A stretch of DNA of 5,972 bases from Paraspadella gotoi (Eukaryota; Animalia; Chaetognatha). A model generated the notes under the pieces. It worked only from the letters and a program-made list of their open reading frames with translations, was not told the DNA's origin and did no database searches. Location of the stretch: the NCBI GenBank assembly GCA_051294375.1, contig CM119270.1, positions 633,012 to 638,983 of the forward strand, read 5' to 3'. The position numbers were made by a program, and so were the translations under genes. Positions 1-5,940 of this stretch are shown piece after piece (the stretch's first letter is position 1; every line of letters begins with the position of its first letter).

Positions 1-250
1 CTCTCTCTCTCTCTCTATTTCTCTTAATACCTTATTTTTTTCTCATCTTCTCTCAGTCACTCATTCATTTTTATTCTTTCTTTTCTAACTTTTGACAGCG
101 AATTACCACATCTTTCTTTCTTATTCTTCCTCCTCTTCCTCCTCCTCCTCTTTCTCCTTCCTTTCCTCCTCTTCCTCTTCCTCTTCCCAATATTTTTTTC
201 TTTCAAAAAATCGGAAATTTCTCAATTTTTTTATTTTTTTTCTTTTCGCT
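1..250. repeat. Pyrimidine-rich low-complexity tract: (CT)n, degenerate (CCT/CTT)n at ~125-187, T-rich
   Basis: Starts ctctctctct...; ttcctcctcttcctcctcctcc... trinucleotide-like run; explains the poly-Ser ORF 92..274. Confidence 0.9.
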
Positions 251-299
251 GTTGAATTGGAAGATAAGTTCTAATCAAAATTCAAATGAGACAGTCGAC

Positions 300-300
<1 letters not shown>

Positions 301-338
<38 letters not shown>

Positions 339-739
339 CTCTCCGCTCTTGTCTTCCTCTATCTCGTCATCTCTCTCTTCTCTCTGCTCATCTCTGCAAT
401 CTCTTCCTCTCTCATCTCGTCGCCTCCCTCCTTTACTTCCATATTTCTCCTCTCTCTCTCTCTCTCTCTTGCTCTCATGCTCTCTCGCTCACTCGCCATG
501 CTTTTCTGTCTCTCACATCTCTCCTCTCTTTTTTTCCTTTGTCTCTCAACGATCTCTCTCTCTCTTACTTAATCTTCTCTCACTCCTGCTCGATACTCTC
601 TTCTCCGTTCCTCCCTCTCTCCTGCTCTCTTCTCTCCGAGCTCTCCATCTTTCTCTCTCTCTCATTTTCTATCCGTCTCTCACTATCTCTATCTGCTTTC
701 CTTTCTCTCTCTCCTCTCCTCTCTCTCTCTCTCTCCTCT

Positions 740-772
<33 letters not shown>

Positions 773-780
773 ATCTCTCC
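301..780. repeat. Long degenerate (CT)n microsatellite / polypyrimidine tract
   Basis: Near-perfect (TC)n at ~303-332, 451-469 and 705-772 linked by interrupted CT repeats; source of the SLSL/ERER ORFs. Confidence 0.95.
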
Positions 781-950
781 CATCGAGCAGAGGAGACGGT
801 CGGAGATTAAATTTCCTTCCTAATCTTTATAGCGGAAGTAAAAAACAAGAAACTGTTTCAAAAAAAAAATCCTAAAAGCATAAATTTCCATAAATTTTGT
901 GAAAACCGCCGAAGTCTGGGGACAAAAAAGATTAATATCACAGGGTAGAT

Positions 951-1290
951 AAAAAGGGAAAGAAAGAAAGAAAAAAAGAAAGAAAAAAAAGAGAAAAAGA
1001 AAGAAAGAAAGAAAGAAAGAAAAGAAAGAAAGAAAGAAAGAAAAAGAAAGATAGAAGAAAGAAAGAAACAAAAAAGAAAGAAAGAAAAAAAAGAAGAAGA
1101 AGAAAGAAAGAAAAAAAAGAAAAAGAAAGAAAGAAAAAAGAAAGAAGAAAGAAAGAAAAAAAGAAAGAAAAAGAAAAGAAAAAGAAAAGATAGAGAGAAA
1201 GAAAAGAAAGAGAGAAAGAAAGAAAGAAAGAAAAGAAAGAAAGAAAGAAAGAAGATAGAGAGAAAGAAAGAAAGAAAGAAAGAAAGAAAG
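951..1290. repeat. (GAAA)n-type polypurine tract
   Basis: 340 nt with only four pyrimidines (T1052, C1069, T1191, T1256); dominant unit GAAA with GAAAA/GA variants. Confidence 0.97.
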
Positions 1291-1474
1291 TCATTTCCTT
1301 GAAAAAAATAACCAATAAAAATTAAAGCAACAATCTGATGTCATAATTTATCTTCTCTTTTGTCATAGCTGCTGTCATAACTGATGGCATTGCGCATAAA
1401 ACGAATCTTTAAAAGTCATTTTAACAATAATTATTTACGCTTTGTTTTTATCTTAATTGCCATCGCAAGTACGG

Positions 1475-1523
1475 TCTCAACCAATCAGCAGCCAAGAATG
1501 TCGACGCCTTCTCAGCCAATCAG
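1475..1523 (+). promoter_or_regulatory. Pair of consensus CCAAT (NF-Y-type) motifs within a 14-bp direct repeat
   Basis: TCTCAACCAATCAG (1475-1488) and TCTCAGCCAATCAG (1510-1523), 35 bp apart; both match RRCCAATCA. The motif is seen; function is unproven. Confidence 0.35.
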
Positions 1524-1578
1524 AATACGGAATCCCGACCTAAAGAGACACCTTTCGAGCAAAAGAATGATGTCCCCC

Positions 1579-1626
1579 GTCCATCAGTCTGTCTGTCCGT
1601 CCGTCTGACTGTCTGTCTGTCTGTCC
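1579..1626. repeat. (GTCT/GTCC)n tetranucleotide microsatellite
   Basis: gtccatcagtctgtctgtccgtccgtctgactgtctgtctgtctgtcc. Confidence 0.9.
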
Positions 1627-1818
1627 ATTAGAGCGAAGGGAAAGTTACATACGAAAATACTAAATGTCAATTATAAACAACATACCATCAGTGAACCTTA
1701 ATTTGTAAAAAAAAAAAAAGATTTTATATTCTTGAATTTTCGCAATAAGCTATATTTATACATAGTACTATCCTTAGAAAATCGAAAGATTTTAAAAGTT
1801 TAAATCACCTTAGCAAAA

Positions 1819-2098
1819 AACTCCAATTATTCGTGATTGAATTGGATGGATGGATTGGAATGAAATCTTGTGTGTGGGTAGGGAAGTGTGTGAATGAGCT
1901 GTATATGAAGTTTCGATGGAATCGTGCGAGTGAAAAGGAGTTTAAATGGGGAAAAAAATATATTTAACGCCAATTACTCATGAGCGGATGGAGCAATTGA
2001 CTTGAAATTTTTTTATATGGGTAGGAAAGTGTGTGATTAAGCTGGAAATCAAGTTTCGATGGAATCGTCAGAGTGGAAATGAGTTTAAATGGAAAAAA
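1819..2098. repeat. Two-copy tandem duplication, period ~143-147 bp
   Basis: 1875-1949 vs 2018-2092 align ungapped at 65/75 by hand count, including an exact AAGTTTCGATGGAATCGT (1908, 2051); the 5' parts actccaattattcgtga / acgccaattactcatga also match. Confidence 0.93.
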
Positions 2099-2156
2099 CA
2101 AAAACCTGTTTCACTAATTGATTATGCTTCTTTTTCTTTTTTATTAGATGTAAATA

Positions 2157-2213
2157 CAATTATTCAATCAATCAATTTATTTATCAATTAATTAATTATT
2201 TAATCAAGTAAAT
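2157..2213. repeat. Degenerate (AATC/AATT/ATTT)n tetranucleotide tract
   Basis: caattattcaatcaatcaatttatttatcaattaattaattatttaatcaagtaaat. Confidence 0.7.
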
Positions 2214-2497
2214 CGTTATCGGCATTATTGTCGTCGTCGCCATCATCTTCGTTGCTTTTGTCGTGGTCAGTGACGAAAAGAGCCAAAAACAAACATTTCG
2301 TATCGAATTAATTAATTTATTAGATAATTACCGCTCATGATCGTGGGCAGATCCGACATTCTTTGCTCAAACTTGTTCTCTCCTTTCTTTTCCCTTCCTG
2401 TTTTTCTCTCGCCTTTTTTTTCCTTCCCAAGTCGGCGGCGAAAATATTCGTCTCATAACTGGAAAAATTCCATTATGTAAACAACAAACCTTTCCCG

Positions 2498-2500
<3 letters not shown>

Positions 2501-2563
<63 letters not shown>
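2501..2563. repeat. Perfect (TC)31 microsatellite
   Basis: Uninterrupted TC run 2501-2562 plus T. Confidence 0.98.
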
Positions 2564-2567
<4 letters not shown>

Positions 2568-2829
2568 CCAACGCTCCTGAATTTCGTAAAGACCATTTGT
2601 CGAGACACGTAGAGAAACCATTTCCATTTTCATTGCAGCCAAAGCAACGCAGACATTTTTCATTATTTTCAACAATCATTTCCATCGTCGTTTCACTTCA
2701 TTGACACCATATTGCTAACAAGCTATTATTATTGTTATTGTTAGCTTAGCCAAAACAATAGCGTCAAGAACAAACTCTTGTGGAATCTCGATTAACCTTT
2801 TTTTGGAAATACGTATAAACATTTGTGGA

Positions 2830-2916
2830 TTTAATTCATTAATTAATGTCTTATTTAAATAAAGATTCATTGATCATTCATTCATTCTTCATTGATAATT
2901 ATTTAATTGAGTCATT
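2830..2916. repeat. Degenerate (ATTC/ATTA)n tract
   Basis: ttaattcattaattaat...gattcattgatcattcattcattcttcattgataattatttaattgagtcatt. Confidence 0.6.
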
Positions 2917-3166
2917 ACCCTTTTTCTCCTTCCAGCTATCAAGAGTTAATAATTAATATTCTATAGAAAAGATGTTGGGTACAACTTCGTGTTAACTTAG
3001 TGATTCCTTATTGCTCGCGAAGCTCTGGCTCCTGATTCATTGTGTTTCTCTCCTGATATATTATTACAGAGTAGTGACTCTGGGCACGTGAAACTGTTGA
3101 CGCACTGCTGCCCGCTTCCTGTCGCACGCGAGCTTCGCCGAGACATTTTAAGCTGCACCTTCGGTC

Positions 3167-3199
3167 TGCAGCCCCCCTTCGACCCGTTAGGGGGCTGCA
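3167..3199. other. GC-rich inverted repeat (10-bp perfect stem, 13-nt loop)
   Basis: TGCAGCCCCC (3167-3176) / GGGGGCTGCA (3190-3199). Confidence 0.9.
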
Positions 3200-3243
3200 A
3201 GGTTTCGCCTCCTAACGATAGCACAATTTATATTCCATTACTC

Positions 3244-3556
3244 TATGAAATTGGTACAACCAATATAAAAATTATCCATTCATTTAATAAATAAGCTATC
3301 TTGCCCCTGACTTTGGACAGGCTTTGGTGGTTTAAGGCCTCCATCACTCTTACAAGATAATGACATAGCAGGTCCCTGCAAGCTTTCAATTAAGACTCTC
3401 TCACAGTCTCGTTTATTCACTCCCAGAGTACCTGGCTTCCCTATCAATGAAGTGAAAAATATTTCAAAGAATGTTTAAATTGTATGGGGAATACTTATTG
3501 TACTCCGCACTAGCATCAAAATACAAGGAGCTGAATTTTATGAAATTGGTACAACC
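3244..3556. repeat. Exact 18-bp dispersed direct repeat, 295 bp apart
   Basis: TATGAAATTGGTACAACC at 3244-3261 and 3539-3556; weak similarity continues ~11 nt downstream. Confidence 0.9.
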
Positions 3557-3814
3557 TATGTATCAATAACAAAAATATATTTTAATCTAGTCTCATTACA
3601 GGAGATACAGAACTGGAACCGGATCAAAGACTCGGGAAGAAATCACCGAAATGGAATCAAGCTCTCTAATTGGTCGAGACCCGAACGGAATCGGCCAATA
3701 GGCGGATCACTCAACGACTTTTCTGGTTGATAATTTTTTGTTGTAAAAATAAATAGCTTAATAAAAACAATACAGGGAGGACTTCGTTGTAAAGTTGTAA
3801 AGTAAAAATATATA

Positions 3815-4054
3815 AAATCAACTAAGTCAAACCGACCAATCAACTTAACAAATAAAACCTAGCAACCAAATCGACTCATCAAGACGACAAACCTAACTAA
3901 TTAAGACAATTATATAAACCGAGCAATCAAGCTGACCAATTTAAAAAAAACTATCTATTCAAACCGACCAATCAAGCTGGCCAATCAAGCCCATTAAATC
4001 AAAGTATCAGTTAAAACCGACCAATCAAACCGACCAATCAAATCAACGATATTC
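3815..4054. repeat. Degenerate 13-bp minisatellite, consensus AAACCGACCAATC
   Basis: Exact units at 3829, 3961, 4014, 4027; in-phase variants at 3842, 3855, 3868, 3881 and at 3916, 3929, 3974. Confidence 0.9.
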
Positions 4055-4065
4055 AAAGTCGCGTC

Positions 4066-4072
4066 TATAAAA
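4066..4072 (+). promoter_or_regulatory. TATA-box consensus match (TATAAAA) just downstream of the CCAAT array
   Basis: gcgtcTATAAAActtgg; nearest CCAAT at 4034 and 4021. Sequence match only, in AT-rich DNA. Confidence 0.3.
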
Positions 4073-4147
4073 CTTGGGAGGAGTTTTAGTCCCGAGTTGA
4101 CCTTGAAAATCTCTGAGCTAAATTCTCTCAAGCGTCTTTGAGAAATT

Positions 4148-4151
<4 letters not shown>

Positions 4152-4184
<33 letters not shown>
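4152..4184. repeat. (CT)n microsatellite running into the gap
   Basis: Perfect CT run truncated by Ns. Confidence 0.97.
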
Positions 4185-4375
4185 NNNNNNNNNNNNNNNN
4201 NNNNNNNNNNNNNNNNNNNNNNNNNNNNNNNNNNNNNNNNNNNNNNNNNNNNNNNNNNNNNNNNNNNNNNNNNNNNNNNNNNNNNNNNNNNNNNNNNNNN
4301 NNNNNNNNNNNNNNNNNNNNNNNNNNNNNNNNNNNNNNNNNNNNNNNNNNNNNNNNNNNNNNNNNNNNNNNNNNN
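4185..4375. other. Assembly gap (191 N)
   Basis: Run of N flanked by microsatellites on both sides. Confidence 0.99.

Positions 4376-4407
<32 letters not shown>
4376..4407. repeat. (GA)n microsatellite emerging from the gap
   Basis: Perfect GA run. Confidence 0.97.
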
Positions 4408-4409
<2 letters not shown>

Positions 4410-4544
4410 CAAAACGAGACAGTTCTTAATCCTCAGTTTCGTGGGAGAGACTTTAGTCTTGAACCCTAAAGGATTTTTTTAAATTTATACAAAAAAAGCC
4501 TTTTTTCTGTGTTGTGGTAGAGATACTTTATTTCATATTAGACG

Positions 4545-4660
4545 ATGTCGTTGTTGTTTACATTGTTTTATTTCTTGATCTTGTTGTTTGACTTTATTAT
4601 TTTTATTTTCTTTGTTATTTTCTTTATTATTTTCGCTCATTTGGTTTTCCGTTTTTTGTC
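4545..4660. repeat. T-rich low-complexity region
   Basis: ttgttgttt / ttttattatttttattttc runs; gives the Phe/Ile/Leu-rich ORFs 4545 and 4588. Confidence 0.75.
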
Positions 4661-4706
4661 TCGACGTCTTTCTCTTACTTCTTTCTCTATCTCCATTTCC
4701 GTTCCC

Positions 4707-4768
4707 TCCTTTATCTCTCTTTCTCTCTCTCTCTCTCTATCTCTCTCTCTCACACACACACACACACT

Positions 4769-4823
<55 letters not shown>

Positions 4824-4843
4824 TCTCTCCTCCCCCCTCTCTC
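4707..4843. repeat. Compound microsatellite (CT)n-(CA)8-(CT)n
   Basis: CT 4714-4750, CA 4751-4767, CT 4773-4819, decaying to ~4843. Confidence 0.95.
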
Positions 4844-5082
4844 GCCCCGATATTGTTGTCCATCACAACAGAATCCTAAGCGAGAGATTAACATTTGCAT
4901 GATGGGGAAGGGTGGAGCGATGGAGTGAGTAAAGTACGAAATGCTGTTAAAAAAAATTGATGTTGTAACCGTAGATTGAAGTGATGTAGTGAGTGATGTG
5001 AGAATCGCTGGAATTTGTCTACCAAAGAAAAAAAAACAAAGACAAGTCTTGAAAACGAGAGGATAAAAAGGAGATAAGATAA

Positions 5083-5090
5083 TGAGAGAA

Positions 5091-5154
<64 letters not shown>

Positions 5155-5160
5155 GAGAGA
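5083..5160. repeat. (GA)n microsatellite
   Basis: Perfect AG run ~5095-5141 with degenerate purine-rich flanks. Confidence 0.97.
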
Positions 5161-5325
5161 TAAAGGATTTAAAAATTGGCGCCAAGGTTTGAATCAAAAA
5201 AAACGTTTTTAAAGTGAAAGACAAAAACGCCAAACTTTGCTTTGTTTCATTTCTCTCAATTTAAAAGGAAGGAAAAGTTTTTGTAGAGGCAACAATCAAA
5301 ATACAGTTTTTGACCTTTTGACCCT

Positions 5326-5401
5326 CGCGGTGCATCTCAATAAGTCACTTTTCAGTCTGTCGGTCGGTCGGTCGATCGGTATGTCTGTCCGTCGGTCCGT
5401 C
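5326..5401 (+). repeat. (GTCG/GTCC/GTCT)n tract (5355-5401) with a short leader; possible HINE-like element head
   Basis: cgcggtgcatctcaataagtcacttttca-gtctgtcggtcggtcggtcgatcggtatgtctgtccgtcggtccgtc; the microsatellite is certain, the element assignment is inference. Confidence 0.7.
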
Positions 5402-5730
5402 TTATTTATATTAAAACTCATACTACATAGGTTAAAATTACATCAATTGAGTTCATATTCGGCAGGAAGGTAAGGTACGTTCTTGAACATTCTTGTGCTA
5501 TCAAATGATCACATTAAAAAGTGATCACCTGAGATTCAATGCAGCACAACTTTTGAAATACTAAGTTAGTGAGTCGGTTTTGTGACTCTATGACTAATTC
5601 CAGTGAAAGAAGAAGAGAACTTTCACAGTTTCTCCTCAACTCAAAGTCCCTCACTTTAAATTGGAACCGAAACCAGATCGATCACTCCAACGCCCCCCTC
5701 CCCAGATTCCTGACCCAAGGCTCTATTTTC

Positions 5731-5820
5731 CGAGAGTGCCCTCTTTCTGTTCCTTTTTTCTAAGATTGCCCACTTTCTGTTCATTTTTTACGAGAGTGCC
5801 CACTTTCTGTTCCTTTATCC
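5731..5820. repeat. 30-bp tandem repeat, 3 copies
   Basis: cgagagtgccctctttctgttccttttttc / taagattgcccactttctgttcatttttta / cgagagtgcccactttctgttcctttatcc, exact 30-nt register. Confidence 0.97.
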
Positions 5821-5825
5821 CAAAA

Positions 5826-5940
5826 TTTAAATCCTAACTTTAATATTTAACATAAATAGATATTTTTAAACTTATAATTTAATCCTAATCCGTAACCTAA
5901 TCACTAATTAAACTTATAAAAAATTAATTTAAACTTTAAC
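5826..5940. repeat. Degenerate AT-rich hexamer-like tract (CCTAAC/CCTAAT/TTTAAT)
   Basis: aatcctaactttaat..., aatcctaatccgtaacctaatcactaat; TTAAACTTATAA occurs at 5866 and 5908. Confidence 0.5.

Larger units (their letters stand above)
1579..2100 (+). mobile_element. Possible degraded non-autonomous Helentron-type (DINE-1/HINE-like) element
   Basis: (GTCY)n tract followed downstream by ~145-bp tandem units is the known DINE-1/HINE layout; sub-terminal inverted repeats and the 3' hairpin were not identified, so boundaries are approximate. Confidence 0.35.
4707..5167. other. Fold-back unit with a perfect 26-bp terminal inverted repeat
   Basis: TCCTTTATCTCTCTTTCTCTCTCTCT (4707-4732) is the exact reverse complement of 5142-5167; no target-site duplication visible. 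Confidence 0.6.

Noticed and set aside
92-1315. ORFs 92..274, 252..572, 286..810, 539..823, 580..783, 820..1071, 938..1315
   Set aside because: Poly-S, SLSL, ERER and FFLS peptides are translations of CT/GA/GAAA repeats that cannot contain stop codons; overlapping in several frames, no domains.
1384-1608. 74-aa ORF with a hydrophobic stretch (FVFILIAIAS)
   Set aside because: Short, no recognisable family, and it ends inside the GTCY microsatellite.
2367-2685. Minus-strand ORFs with (RE)n
   Set aside because: Built on the (TC)31 microsatellite.
3167-3210. Hairpin as an intrinsic terminator or tRNA/SINE
   Set aside because: Eukaryotic context, no U-tract, no cloverleaf and no clear A/B boxes.
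2997-3294. Overlapping antisense ORFs of 75 and 84 aa
   Set aside because: Explained by the local GC-rich patch; no recognisable motif.
3829-4039. 13-mer repeats as a CRISPR-like array
   Set aside because: Units are too short, often adjacent, and the intervening DNA is degenerate copies rather than unique spacers; no cas genes.
4128-4482. ORFs spanning the N gap
   Set aside because: Artefacts of Ns plus microsatellite.
5176-5210. Palindromes TTGGCGCCAA (E2F-like or retroelement PBS-like) and AAAAACGTTTTT
   Set aside because: Short and isolated; no LTR end before TGGCGCC and no extended tRNA complementarity I can support.
4545-5233. ORFs 4545..4928, 4588..4902 and 4637..5233 (198 aa, the longest)
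   Set aside because: Dominated by T-rich, CT, CA and GA repeats; apparent transmembrane segments come from T-richness.
5506-5528. TGATCAC-8 nt-GTGATCA hairpin
   Set aside because: A 7-bp stem built on a palindromic hexamer; expected by chance.
5731-5820. 30-bp repeat as a CRISPR array or a coding (RECPLSVPFF)n repeat
   Set aside because: No spacers between copies, and that frame hits TAA at 5761.
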